From positions 672,001-736,000 of the forward strand of contig JAYQLI010000035.1 of the NCBI GenBank assembly GCA_038143065.1: a stretch of 64,000 nt of DNA. The letters are read 5' to 3'. Positions 10,494-22,335 of the stretch are shown piece by piece. How positions within the stretch are numbered: position 1 is the first letter of the stretch; every line of letters begins with the position of its first letter. A program made the translations under genes and the position numbers. Under the pieces are notes generated by a model, which saw only the letters and a list, made by a program, of their open reading frames with translations, was not told where the DNA came from and made no database searches. The DNA is from Rhodospirillales bacterium. Its GTDB lineage: Bacteria; Pseudomonadota; Alphaproteobacteria; Bin95.

Positions 10494-10628
10494 CAACCAA
10501 CAAATTTAGATTTGGGGCTTACATTAATCCGCTACGATTTGACCTTATGGAAAAAGTCGGCGTCAGAGCCTATTTCATGATAGTGAGCATCATCAGTCTT
10601 GTTCCAGCGATAAAAGATTTTAAGCAGC

Positions 10629-11863
10629 ATGAACCGTGAAGATTATGAAGCTTTTTTCCAAAGTGGAATTTCAAACCTTCAAGATGAAGGTCGCTATCGT
10701 GTTTTTGCAGCTTTAGAGCGTTTAGCAGGACAGCACCCCCGCGCTATCTGGCATCATCCTGACGGTAGCAAAGCGAAACATCATTAACTGGTGTTCCAAT
10801 GATTATCTTGGAATGAGTGAGCACCCCGATGTAGTTCGAGCCTCTGAAAGTACTCTCAGAACTGAAGGCGCAGGAGCTGGAGGAACACGCAATATAGCAG
10901 GATGCAATCATTTTCATGTTGAATTGGAGCAAGAACTAGCTGATCTCCATGGGAAGCAAGCGGCTCTGCTTCTAACCTCTGGATATGTTGCAAACGAAGC
11001 AGCCCTTGGTTCTGTGGGCGGCATGCTTCCAAATGCTGTAATTTTTTCAGATGCCCTTAATCATGCTTCGATGATTGCTGGAATAAGAACAAGCCGCGCT
11101 GAAAAGCATATTTTTAGACACAATGACATGACAGACTTACGTCGTCTCCTGCAGTCAGTTGATCCAGCGCGTCCTAAAATAATTGCCTTTTGAATCCGTT
11201 TATTCAATGGACGGTGATATTGCCCCAATTTCTGAAATCTGTGACCTAGCAGAAGAATTTGGAGCCCTTACTTATTTGGACGAAGTTCATGCTGTTGGAA
11301 TGTATGGAGAACGCGGCGGAGGCATTGCTGAACGTGACGGTGTTATGGACAGAGTGGACCTGATAGAAGGCACCCTAGCCAAAGCGTTTGGGGTTGTTGG
11401 CGGTTACGTAGCCGGAACTGCAGCTGCCATCGATTTTATCCGGTCCTATGCTGCTAGTTTCATATTTACCACTGCTCCTGCGCCAGCTTTAGCGGCGGGT
11501 GCGCTGGCTGCTGTGCGTCATCTCAAATTAAGCGGGCAAGAACGCGCAGCTCAGCAGAAACAAGCTCAGTTAATGAAAGACAAACTTTCTGCTGCAGGTC
11601 TTCCGCAACTGCCTTCTGTCAGCCACATAGTTCCCATTCCAGTGGGCGATCCTAAACTTTGCAAGCAGGCCAGTGATATCCTACTGGAAGATTTTGGAAT
11701 TTATGTTCAGCCAATAAATTACCCAACCGTACCCAGAGGTACAGAACGACTACGTTTTACACCTGGCCCAAATCATGACGACCGAATGATCGATGAAGTC
11801 GTCCGCGCCCTTAGTGATGTATGGCATCGTTTAGGTTTATCGTTTGTGGAAGAAGCGGCTTAA
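10629..11863 (+). CDS. hemA: 5-aminolevulinate synthase (frameshifts near 10775 and 11190)
   Basis: [61 protein letters not shown] and [14 protein letters not shown]. Confidence 0.95.
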
Positions 11864-12086
11864 TACGCTTTTGCAATCTTTTGGAATATTAACCCCAGAA
11901 ACGGCTTCTTTTTTGCCTTTAATTGTAGGGCACAAAAGTAAGTGATATCGCAAATCAAATTACAGCCTTAATCGACATTACTTTGACAAATAAGTTAGGC
12001 AACAATTTAAAAACAACATTCAAAAACTAACGACTTTTGGGTTTCAGCATTCGCTCAGGCATCGTAGGCTTTTAGCATGATGTCAC

Positions 12087-13664
12087 ATGGATACTTTTAG
12101 AATGCTTCATACTCCCGAAACATTTGTTCCAACAAAAGCAGTAGTTCGCTCATCTGGCGGAATAGTAGCAGCTCAGCACTGGGAAGCAGCAGAAGCCGGT
12201 GCTGCAGTCCTAAGGGCTGGAGGAAATGCAGTTGATGCAGCAATTGCCACTGCATTGGCTATCGGCTGCGTAGAACCATGGATGAGTGGCATTGGTGGCG
12301 GCGGTTATATGCTTATTGGGCTTGCTGGGAGCAAAAAAGTCTATCAAACAACTTATGGAATGATTGCTCCTAAAGCACTTGATCCCGCTCGTTATCCATT
12401 AGCAAAAGAAGGAGTAGCTCCAGCTGACTTCCTGTTCGTATGGCCTCGAGTAGAAGATGATCGGAACGTGCTTGGTCCGGAAGCCGTTTGCGTTCCTGGA
12501 GCGGTTGCCGGATTTTCCAGTGTTTTGGAAAGGTTCGGCACACTTTCTTGGCGCGAAGCAATTCAACCAGCCATTTCTCTTGCAGACAAAGGAATGCCAA
12601 CAGACTGGTATCAGACACTCCAAATTGCTTACGGGGCTGCAGCAGGGCTAGGAAAATTCAGCGAAAGCGCAAAGACATATCTGCCTGACGGCACACCACC
12701 AGTATCTCTTTCATCCCATTCGCCCAATAGAATTAAGTTAGGAAATTTAGGTAAAACTTTGCGGCGATTGGCTGAAGCAGGCCCAGAAGATTTTTATGAG
12801 GGCAAGATATCAGAATTAATTCTTGCCGACCTCAAAAACTCAGCATTTCAAGCTTCTGATCTGAGTGACTACGATGCTCCCATCACAGAAGTCGAAGGTA
12901 TCGAGTATCGTGGTAAGCGTATTCATCTTGCCAGTGGACTAACAGCTGGGCCCACATTTGCGCGTGCATTGAGATCTATTGAACAAACTATAGATCCAAA
13001 TAAGCCATTAGGGGTCGACGCGTATGTCGCTTGGGCGGAAGCGTTGAAGGAAGCATATGAATACCGTTTTAGAGTGTTAGGGCATGCTGCTCCAGCAGAT
13101 GAATTAGCATGCACCACCCACCTGAGCGTCGTAGACCGTGAAGGTAATATGGTATCGCTTACAAACACTTTGCTGGAAAGATTTGGGTCGCGCTATATGG
13201 GCCCAGAGACAGGTATTTTATTTAATAACGGAATGATGTGGTTTGATCCTGAACCAGGGAAACCAAACTCTATTTCTGCAGGCCAACGCCCACTCTCCAA
13301 TATGTGTCCAACAATTGTCACAGAAAATGGATTGCCTGTTTTTGCGTGTGGAGCCTCTGGAGGACGACGAATTGTTCCGGCTTGTTTTCAATTAACCTCC
13401 ATGGCCGTTGATTTTGGGATGAACCTAGAAGAGATCTACTCAACACCAAGATTGGACGTCTCCGGCACTGATGGGGCCATGGCTGATGCTCGACTTTCAA
13501 GTAAAATTATCGAGGCAGTGGGTTCAAGGATGCCCATCCAAGCAACCTTTCAATCAATAGGAACCCGCCCTTTTGCTAACCCACAAGCGGTAATGCGAAA
13601 GGGTAGTGAAAATTCTGGCGCCGCTGTTATAGAAATGGCCACCTCAGCAGCGATATCCGAATAA
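12087..13664 (+). CDS. Gamma-glutamyltransferase family (Ntn hydrolase)
   Basis: GGNAVDAAIA, EPWMSGIGGGG, nucleophile TTHLSVVD, LFNNGM, RPLSNMCP and GASGG. Confidence 0.9.
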   Translation: MDTFRMLHTPETFVPTKAVVRSSGGIVAAQHWEAAEAGAAVLRAGGNAVDAAIATALAIGCVEPWMSGIGGGGYMLIGLAGSKKVYQTTYGMIAPKALDPARYPLAKEGVAPADFLFVWPRVEDDRNVLGPEAVCVPGAVAGFSSVLERFGTLSWREAIQPAISLADKGMPTDWYQTLQIAYGAAAGLGKFSESAKTYLPDGTPPVSLSSHSPNRIKLGNLGKTLRRLAEAGPEDFYEGKISELILADLKNSAFQASDLSDYDAPITEVEGIEYRGKRIHLASGLTAGPTFARALRSIEQTIDPNKPLGVDAYVAWAEALKEAYEYRFRVLGHAAPADELACTTHLSVVDREGNMVSLTNTLLERFGSRYMGPETGILFNNGMMWFDPEPGKPNSISAGQRPLSNMCPTIVTENGLPVFACGASGGRRIVPACFQLTSMAVDFGMNLEEIYSTPRLDVSGTDGAMADARLSSKIIEAVGSRMPIQATFQSIGTRPFANPQAVMRKGSENSGAAVIEMATSAAISE

Positions 13665-13666
13665 AA

Positions 13667-15031
13667 ATGAATGAGCTACCTAGTAATCCTCAAGATCTCC
13701 GGGTTCCAGATCCAGGCATTCGAGCATTATTTAAAACAGATAGCCGTTGGCAAGCATGGCTAGATGTCGAAGTGGCGCTGGCTAAAGCTCAAGCAAAGAT
13801 AGGGATGATTCCATCGAATGCCGCGGAAGAAATATCTAAAAAAGCAGATCTTTCACTTTTTGATAGACAAAAATTAGCTGATGGATTTCTCCGCAGCGGA
13901 CATACGCTAACTCCTTTGATTTGGGAGTTAGATCGGCTTTGTGAGGGTGATGCTGGTGGTTATGCGCATTGGGGTGCAACCACACAAAATATTGTGCAGA
14001 CAGGGGACCTTCTGATTCTTCGAAAAGCTGGCGCAATTTTTCGAAAGCAAATATCAGATCTTTTATTTGTAATGGCTGATCTTGCGGAGCATCATGCGGA
14101 GACAGCCATGGCTGCAAGGACACATGGTCAGCACGCAGTCCCCACAACATTTGGTGCAAAAGTTGCAGTTTGGCTTGATGAAATTTCACGGCACGGAATA
14201 CGGCTTTCAGAAGCGTCTCCCAGAGTATTTCGAGCAATGCTGGGAGGAGCAGCTGGAACTCTCTCATCCTTTGGAGCAGATGGCTTTAAGCTGCAGGAGG
14301 TATTTGCTGCAGAACTGCAAATGACAGCGATGGCTGTGCCAAGCCGCGCAGAAGGCGATCACTTATCTGAGTATGTTTTATTACTTGGCTTAATGGCTGC
14401 AACTACAGGAAAGATTGCTCGAGAAATTTATACCCTCCAAAAGCAAGAATTTGGAGAGTTGGAGGAACCAACGCCTGAAGGCTCTGTGGGATCAAGTACA
14501 ATGCCACAGAAAAGAAATCCATTTATGGCACAAGATATTGTTGCTCTATCTTCAGAAATAAGGATGCAAGTACCTTTAGCTCTTGAAGCCATGCAAACGG
14601 AGGACGAAGCGGATCGTGCGACTTCTTTACAAATACGCCAAGCTACTGAAAGAGCATGTGTTGCGACTGGGGATATGTTCGCTCGAATGAAAATAATTAT
14701 TTCCGATTTGAGTGTTAAACCAGAACGTATGAGGCAAAATTTAGATTTAACTGGCGGACTTATCATGGCTGAGCCCGTCATGTTGGCTCTTGGTAGCAGT
14801 ATTGGAAGACAGGAGGCTCATGACATTGTTTATGATGCAGCTCAAGCGGCTGCACTTGGCCAGAAAAGTTTTGCTGATTTATTGGCAGCCGACCAGAGAA
14901 TTTCAGCAAAACTCTCAAAAAATGACATCAAAAACTTACTGAATCCCTTAAGCTACGTTGGCTTGTCGCCAGAACTTGCGCGGCGCGCTGCATCATCCGC
15001 TAGAGACACCGCTGCCGAATTATTAAATTAA
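13667..15031 (+). CDS. Fumarase/aspartase superfamily lyase (adenylosuccinate lyase / PcaB-like)
   Basis: HWGATTQNI, ARTHGQHAVPTTFG and GSSTMPQKRNP signature. Confidence 0.88.
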   Translation: MNELPSNPQDLRVPDPGIRALFKTDSRWQAWLDVEVALAKAQAKIGMIPSNAAEEISKKADLSLFDRQKLADGFLRSGHTLTPLIWELDRLCEGDAGGYAHWGATTQNIVQTGDLLILRKAGAIFRKQISDLLFVMADLAEHHAETAMAARTHGQHAVPTTFGAKVAVWLDEISRHGIRLSEASPRVFRAMLGGAAGTLSSFGADGFKLQEVFAAELQMTAMAVPSRAEGDHLSEYVLLLGLMAATTGKIAREIYTLQKQEFGELEEPTPEGSVGSSTMPQKRNPFMAQDIVALSSEIRMQVPLALEAMQTEDEADRATSLQIRQATERACVATGDMFARMKIIISDLSVKPERMRQNLDLTGGLIMAEPVMLALGSSIGRQEAHDIVYDAAQAAALGQKSFADLLAADQRISAKLSKNDIKNLLNPLSYVGLSPELARRAASSARDTAAELLN

Positions 15032-15059
15032 GAAACTGCTAAATCAGTTCCAACCTGTT

Positions 15060-15711
15060 TCAAAATACTCCAAATTTTTTGAAGGCATCGACCGGATCCA
15101 TACCTGCCATAAGTGCAGCACGCATATCCGTTTCCGTACTAGCCTTTGTTTCAGTAGCTCGAACAGCTCCTCAGCCATTAATTGAGGAATAACAACCACA
15201 CCATCAATATCAGCCAGAACATAGTCCCCACTGGCGATCGTTACCCCACCAATAACAATCGGTTCGCCCATGCTTTTGGCCTTCCAGCGGCCAACAATGT
15301 CCTTCGGAGTGTTAAATCTACAAAAAGTAGGAAACTGGTTTTCTTTATGAATGAGACGTCGCGGGCCGCCCCATCGACAATGTAACCTCGCACCCCTCTT
15401 TTCATCAGGACTTCGGAAGAAAGTTCACCCATCAATGCTACTTCAAAGGTGTTAGGCTGGCACACTAAAACCTTGCCAGATGGTGCCTTTGAAAGAACTG
15501 TCGCCCAACTTAGCAGAGTTTCATAGTCGTCCTGCCCAAGCTCGAAGTGACCATCGATAGTAAAAATCTCTCCAGCAAGCTTCTGACCAGGATTGAGTGA
15601 AGCAATCCCATGAGGTAACACGCAGTTATCATGTCCCATTGCCCGCAATGCATCATATACTGCGCTTGCATAAAGCTTCTCTAGCCTTTTGGTTAAATCC
15701 ATAAAAGCCAC
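15060..15711 (-). CDS. RraA-like / HMG aldolase family protein (two frameshifts)
   Basis: ALMGEL, YIVDGAARDV and GDYVLADIDGVVVIP. The corrected frame ends KFGVF*. Confidence 0.82.
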
Positions 15712-15897
15712 ACTCCTACCTACAAAAATACTTTTGCCATTTATTAATGCTTAATGCGGTGAGACTAACGCCTTTTTATATTCTCACCAGAGTTATTGAA
15801 TTTTATAGCCTAAAGGTATTTACCTTTTAAACGCTAACATAAAAGGCAGATCACATTTGGAAAATAATAAATATTTTTATATATTTAAAAGATTTAC

Positions 15898-18800
15898 TTA
15901 AACTCTTATCGAAGATTTAAATGCAGTTTGCATTATATAGACACCGACTTTTTTGAGATCATTACCAATAACTACAAGTGCAGGGACCACAAACAAAACT
16001 AAAAATGTTGCAACTAACAAACCAAAGACAATTGTTACGGCCATGGGAATAAGGAAACGTGCCTGCAAGCTCGTTTCAAAAATCATCGGTGTAAGACCAC
16101 CAATTGTAGTAAGTGAAGTTAAGAGGACTGCCCTTAGTCTATCCACACTGCCTTTAGCCGCTGCCGTTATAAGGTCCTCCCCATCAGCACGACGTCCATC
16201 AATTGTGATGATCAATACGATGGAATCATTCACAACAATCCCTGCAAGCCCTAAAAGGGCAATCATGGAGAGGATAGTCAAATCAAATCCCATAAACAGG
16301 TGCCCAAGTGTGGCACCAATAAAAACCAAAAGGTATGATAAGCATCACTGCTATTGGTCGACTAAAACTACCAAAGACCCAGCAGAGCACGATATACATC
16401 AAAACTAGACCAATAATTGCGCCAGTTTTCATATCCTTAAACGTACCCTGTTGCTCCTCTGCCTTACCCGCAAATCGGTAACTTACCCCATACTTTGCTG
16501 CTATTTCTGACAAACCATCTTTCTCAAGTGCGGCTAAAACATCATTACTGGTTGTTACTGCTTCGTCGATTTCGGCAGTAACAGCAATCCGCCGCACTCC
16601 GTCTTCACGCTTTATCTGAGAAAAACCAGCAGTTTCTCTAAATTCTACAATTTCACTTAAGAGGAATTTGTGTCCCGCTAGGAGAACGGAGATATAAATC
16701 CCGAAGAGGCACATCAGTCAGCGCTTCCTCATTAAGGCTAACTCTTACGGTCACCTCATCATCCCCGCGTGCAAATCTTTTTGCAATCGCACCTGAATAG
16801 GAATCCCTGACCTGACGGGCGACATTTTCCGTTGTGAAACCAAATGCCCGTCCCTTGCTGCTCAACACGAGCACAAGTTCAGGCTTGCCGTACGGCATAT
16901 CGTCTTCAATAGCACTGGTGCCAGAGTAATTAGAGAGCAACTGCCTAACTTCCTGAGCAGCACCTTTTAGAACTGCCGGATCACCCCCTGACAGCCTTAC
17001 GTCTACTTCACGTCCAGGAGGACCTCCCTGCGCAGGTGTTAGAGTCAGACTTTCAACACCAGCAATTGGTGGTAATGCCGCCTTCCATGCAGATAGAAAT
17101 TCATTGGTCCTAACAGATCTCCGGTCGGCTGGAATTAGTTCGAGAAAACAGAGCCTATCTCGTCACCAGTTGATCCGCCTCCTTGTTCACGTCCAACTGA
17201 TGCACCGACCTTTGCAAGGGTCTGACGAACGAGAGTTCCTTTGTTAAAACCCAATGCTTTCTCTGCTGTGTATGCCGCACTTTCAATAGCCCACACCGCT
17301 GTTTCGGTTTCACTACGCCCTCCGCCAGGAGCAAGTCGGACATTTGCGTAAGCCACATCTGCCTCAACAGATGGGAAGAAATTGAAAGCAACACGACCAC
17401 CAGCAACAAGACCAACTGATATAATCAAAGCCGAGACGGCAACAGCCATGGTTATGTATCGAAACTCGATAGCCTTAAAAACAGCATTTTCGAAATGACC
17501 GGAGCGAAAACGGTCAAACCAATTATTAAAAGAAGCACGAAAACCAGTTTTGCTAACAAAGGAGCTACTCAACGCACTTTTCATATGGCCTGGCAACGCC
17601 AAAAAACATTCAATCAAACTTGCTAGAAGAGCCGCAACAACAGCCATTGGAATGGCAGCAATTATAACCCCGATAAGGTCCCCTATTACAAAAAGCGGCA
17701 AAAAGGCTGCTACCGTTGTTAATGTTGAACTAACGACAGGGGCAGCCATTTTACGAGCGCCCTGCTCTGCTGCGTCTAGCGCCGATAAGCCTTTGCGTCT
17801 TAAGGCCTCTGCATGTTCACCGACAACGATTGCATCATCAACGACAATACCAAGTACAAGGATTAGACCAAACAGGCTTATCATGTTTACAGATTGCCCA
17901 GATAACCACATCACTGATAGAGCTGCCATAAGTGATGCGGGTATGCCAATCGCGACCCAAAATGCAACGCGGGCATTGAGGAATAGGAAAAGCACAAGCA
18001 CTACTAGCACGAGCCCACCCGCACCATTTTTCACTAGAAGCCAAATTCTTTCTTTTACTAAGTTGGACTCAACGCCGTATTTTTCGACCCGAAGTTCTGC
18101 GGGGAGAGTTGGCAAAGTCTTTTCGAGATAATTATCAAGGAGTGCAGCTGTCTCCAGACTATCCGCCGTCGTGGCACGCTGCACCAAAAGCACAATTGCA
18201 GGTTGGCCAAAATGCGATGCACTTACTTGATCTTTGTCATAAGACTCTCGAACTAAAGCAACATCAACAATGCGAACCTTGCCCCCTAAATCATTATTTT
18301 TCAGTTCAATAGAAGAAATTTCTTCTGCAGTCTCTGCCAGACCTAAACTGCGTATTTGACGAACACCTCCCGCTGTTTCTCCCGAAGGAACATCTTGAGA
18401 AGCTTTGAGTAATAGCGCTTGCGACGTCCCCCACTGTTAGGTCCAGTGCGCGCAGCCTGAACGGATCGACTTCTACAGAAATTTCCGGATCGCGCATTCC
18501 AGAGAATGAAACCCGGTCGATCCCGGCCTTCATCATTTCATCGCGCATGCGTTTTCCTAGGGTCCTCAGGGCTGCTTCTGAATAAGGACCAGAAATTGCG
18601 ATCCGTGCTATCGTGTCATAACGAACGATCCGCGCCACATCAGGCTGCTCACTGCCTTCAGGTAAAGTTGTTGCGCGGGCAACAGCAGCATCGACATTTG
18701 CAAAAGCAGTCTGCATGTCAGCGCCTTGTTGAAATTCTACTATGACAGAAGCTGCGCCCTCTCTCGCTGTAGAGCGCACCCGCTTAACATCGTCTAAAAA

Positions 18801-19069
18801 GCGAACCTCTCGCTCAATTGTTTGTACAATAGATAGATCGACATCATCCGCAGATGCTCCTTCCCAACCAATATTTACTGAGACGATATCAATCCCAAAG
18901 TCAGGAAAGAATTGAGTATTCATCCTCCATAAACCAGCCAATCCAGCAATTATCATGATAGCCATGACTAAATTAGCGGCTGTAGGATGACGAGCAAAAA
19001 GACTTATGAGCCCCCTCTTGGTGTTAAACCAACCAATTCCTCTGAACTGGAATTGTTGGGACTATTCAC
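15898..19069 (-). CDS. RND efflux permease, AcrB/AcrD/AcrF family (several frameshifts)
   Basis: FARHPTAANL, GIVVDDAIVVGE, GIVVNDSIV and RLRAVLLTSLTT across ORFs 18306..18965, 17135..18193, 16653..16940, 16283..16714 and 15898..16329. The start is approximate. Confidence 0.9.
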
Positions 19070-20301
19070 GGATCTGAACCTTTTAAACCTGGAGCTATTT
19101 CGGGAATGCGTTACAACAAGCCTACTGTCTTCAGCTATGTCTCCTGAAATAAGTGCATCAAAACGATCCAGGGTTAGCACTGAAATAGATACTTCTACCA
19201 AGCGCCCATTGTCGACGACATATACTCGTTCTGAGTCATAAACAGCACTCTCTGGAACTCGAAAAACATTTTCATAAGAAATATCTGGGGTGCGCGCTTC
19301 TACAAATGCACCAGGGCGCAAATCGTATATATTCTGGCCTCCACTGATCGGTGCATAAAGCCAAACACCACCCGAAGTGGCATCAAATTCTCCTTGAACA
19401 CGAGATAAAGTAGCATTGAGTTTGATTAGGGTTTCACCCGCTCGCCAGATAATTTCAGCAGGCCGCCCCTGAAACCCACCATTTACGGCAAGCCTTCCAA
19501 CTGAGCGTCGCTCATGTGGAAACGGGCCTCTAAACGCTCTCCATCAATCAATCTTGCTATCTTGTCAGAGCTACTAACACGTTTCCCAATCGCTGCAGAA
19601 ACATCAACTAAAATGCCATCAAATGGGGCAAGTAAACGCGTCTCTTCAAGATCACGTTTAGCTCTTTTCAATCGCACCTCCGCGCGCGTCACGCTAGCAG
19701 TAAGACGTGAAATCTGTGCTTTCAAACGAGCAATTGTCTCAAAGCGCACCACTCTATTTTGTCTGGAAGAAAGATAAGCAAAACGCGCGTCATCAACACT
19801 TTTCCCTGATACCACTCCATTGCCTAACAGACTTTTCTTCCGATCAAGGTCTATCTTGCGAAGTGTCTCTTGCTCTTTATCAAAAACGACAAGCTCCTGG
19901 TTGGCGGCAAGGTCCGCCTTAGCTTCTTCAAGTGCTGCATTTGCTTCTAAAACAGCAGCTTCTGCATCAACAACTTCTGTTTCGTATTTGAAGGGATCTA
20001 CTGCAACCAGTAATTCACCCTTTTTAACCCGTCCTCCAGCGTAGAAATTTGATCCAGTTTCGACGACACGGCCCTCAACTAATGGACGAAGATCAGAATC
20101 TCTTGACGAAGTAATTCGTCCAAAAAGTTTTAGGTTTGGTTGAAGATTAGTTCGCTTGATTGAGATAGTGTCCACCACCCATTCACGCTCTTCAGCAGGA
20201 TTAGACGCAGCCTCCGGTTTTGTGAGGACCAACAGAGCAAAAAGGCCCCCTGCGCCGCCAAGCAGCGCAAAAACAACAAGTAATTGGACGAGCTTCTTCA
20301 A
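19062..20301 (-). CDS. RND membrane fusion protein (frameshifts)
   Basis: N-terminal membrane anchor, VEGRV, coiled coil, LLAPFDG, RPGAFVEA and VPESAV. It lies directly upstream of the RND permease. Confidence 0.88.
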
Positions 20302-20501
20302 AAAATACTCCTCGGCCTAACCAAATCTGTGGTCTAGGCTCAATACGGCAATTCGATATGCCTGGGAAATTATAATTTCGCATCTACCAAGATGCAGAAT
20401 TCCAATCACCAACAATGATCATCTGCTTAGAAATCTCTGTTAGCATTGCTGCCCGTTAAAGATCCCTTGCTACATTGAGTTCTATCACTAAGAATTACGC
20501 A

Positions 20502-20834
20502 ATGAATTCAACATCCGATCATCAAAAACAACAATTTCTTAATTCTTCAGCTTTAGAAGTTGTAGTGGAATTACAAAAAGCGGAGTTAGATCGTCTCCTT
20601 GCGGAAAATAAACGGCTGCATCAACGGATAGATCAGTTACTTCAATTGCAAGAAAGAGAGCAGGTCCTGCGTCAGCAGCTGCAATCTGTTTTAGGAAACC
20701 CATCAAAAACGACTCAGCTCCCGAATACACTATCATATGGCAGCGAAGTTCAATCCTTACAGACACGATATGGAAGGTTGAAAGATGCCTTAGGTGTGCT
20801 GCTTGTAGCGCTAGAAAAACGTTCTAGAGGTTAA
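20502..20834 (+). CDS. Small coiled-coil hypothetical protein
   Basis: Heptad-like L/Q/E/R-rich ORF filling the gap between the MFP and Rieske genes. Confidence 0.6.
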   Translation: MNSTSDHQKQQFLNSSALEVVVELQKAELDRLLAENKRLHQRIDQLLQLQEREQVLRQQLQSVLGNPSKTTQLPNTLSYGSEVQSLQTRYGRLKDALGVLLVALEKRSRG

Positions 20835-21222
20835 CTATAACAAACTCACCCTCTGTGGTCACATCTACTGTTTCGACTTCAAGCTGCTGAGCGTCTCCCA
20901 CCTCAACATCGTAGGAATGAGTTTTCCAGCGATTTGGATCAAAACGAGACTTTCCAGTTCGGAGATCAAACTCCCACCCATGCCATGGACATCTAACAAT
21001 CTCACCCCCACGACTATAGCTATAGCAACCTGGTCGATCTGCTTCGACTAGACCAATAACAACACCTTCGGACAATAGCCCCCCCATATGTGGGCAGGCA
21101 TCACGCAGGCCAAAATATTCTCCAGCAACATTAAAAATTGCAATTTTACGCCCCTGAACCTCAACACTTAGTCGCGCACCCGGTGGTATATCCATTACCT
21201 TTGCGGCTATGTGTTTTGCCAT
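20824..21222 (-). CDS. Rieske [2Fe-2S] ferredoxin
   Basis: CPHMGG and CPWHGWEFDLRTG, with a long insert between the two ligand boxes. Confidence 0.93.
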   Translation of the reverse strand: MAKHIAAKVMDIPPGARLSVEVQGRKIAIFNVAGEYFGLRDACPHMGGLLSEGVVIGLVEADRPGCYSYSRGGEIVRCPWHGWEFDLRTGKSRFDPNRWKTHSYDVEVGDAQQLEVETVDVTTEGEFVIVNL

Positions 21223-21226
21223 GTGA

Positions 21227-22335
21227 TTACACCCTGTAGAGCGAACGGGCGTTGTCTATAAAGAAACTTTGTTTCTGTTCATCGGTAGCGCGAGGAAGGG
21301 GAATACGGGTTGGATCATCAAAATCCCAGTGCGGATAATCCGTTGCAAAAAGTAACTTTTCCCACCCAATCCACTGAATATATCTTTCAAATGGCCTCGC
21401 CGATCTGGTTCCTCAAATGGTTGCGTCGTATACCAGATATGATCTGCCATATATTCTGAGGGAGGGCGTTTAACGTGCAGCAACTCCTCTCTATTTTGGG
21501 CCCATATTCTATCTAAGCGCCATGAGAGTGCTGGCGCCCAGGCAAAACCCGCCTCTACTATTATCAATTTTAATTTAGGCCAACGCTCAAAGACGCCTTC
21601 CATAACCATTGATGTGACAAGAGACTGAGCGGACTGAGAATGTCCCACCATATCTTCGGTATAATAACTAGGCCAGCCACCCCCAGTTACGGGCGTACCA
21701 CCAAAACCAAAGGCATGAACGGCGAGTGGAAGATTAGCTTCCACACAGGCATTAAAAATTGGCCAATATCGTCTATTACCCAAAGGTTCAGAGGTTCTAA
21801 TCAACATAAACGCTTGTATAAAATTTGGGTCGCCTGCTCGGCGCTCAATTTCTTTTGCTGACAGAATAGCGTCTTCATAAGGCAAGCAAACTGAGCCTTT
21901 GAGACGTGCTTCTTTGGATGTCCATTCCGCGATCTGCCAATCATTTATGGCCTTGCAGTACGCAGCTGCAAAATCGGGGTTTTGCAGGCCTTGGCCCGAT
22001 TTGAGGGGATTTAAAACGCCTAATTCAATATTATAGCGATCCAGGTGATGTTTTCGCATAAATTCTAAGTCAGAACCTGGCTTCTCTCCATTAGGCCCAT
22101 AGGCGTCTCGCCTTGCGGCATCTGGCTGCCCTTTTGGATAAGCAGGTCCTGCTTGGTATGGCTGGCGCAGAAGCATCCCATAAGTTTGATAATGGTCACG
22201 CCAGCGCTTTTCCAAAAATGGAAAAATTTCTTTCTCAACTGATTTTGGGCTTGGATGAATATCGCAGTCTGCGATCACTAGCTTTTGATTTGCAGGCATC
22301 GTGGCCGATGCTTTGCCGATAGTTTCGACACTCAC
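21227..22335 (-). CDS. Amidohydrolase_2-fold protein, probable dinuclear oxygenase catalytic subunit (frameshift near 21380)
   Basis: ADCDIHP, VHAF, VEAGFAW and TTQP. The corrected C-terminus is [15 protein letters not shown]...NARSLYRV*. Confidence 0.88.

Noticed and set aside
10540-10556. FNR/FnrL box upstream of hemA
   Set aside because: Only the half-site TTGAC is present. The second half does not match ATCAA.
15953-18131. Long antisense ORFs (for example 15953..16408, 17550..18131, 34318..34893, 35887..36384)
   Set aside because: They lie opposite well-supported genes and have no recognisable motifs, so they are shadow ORFs.
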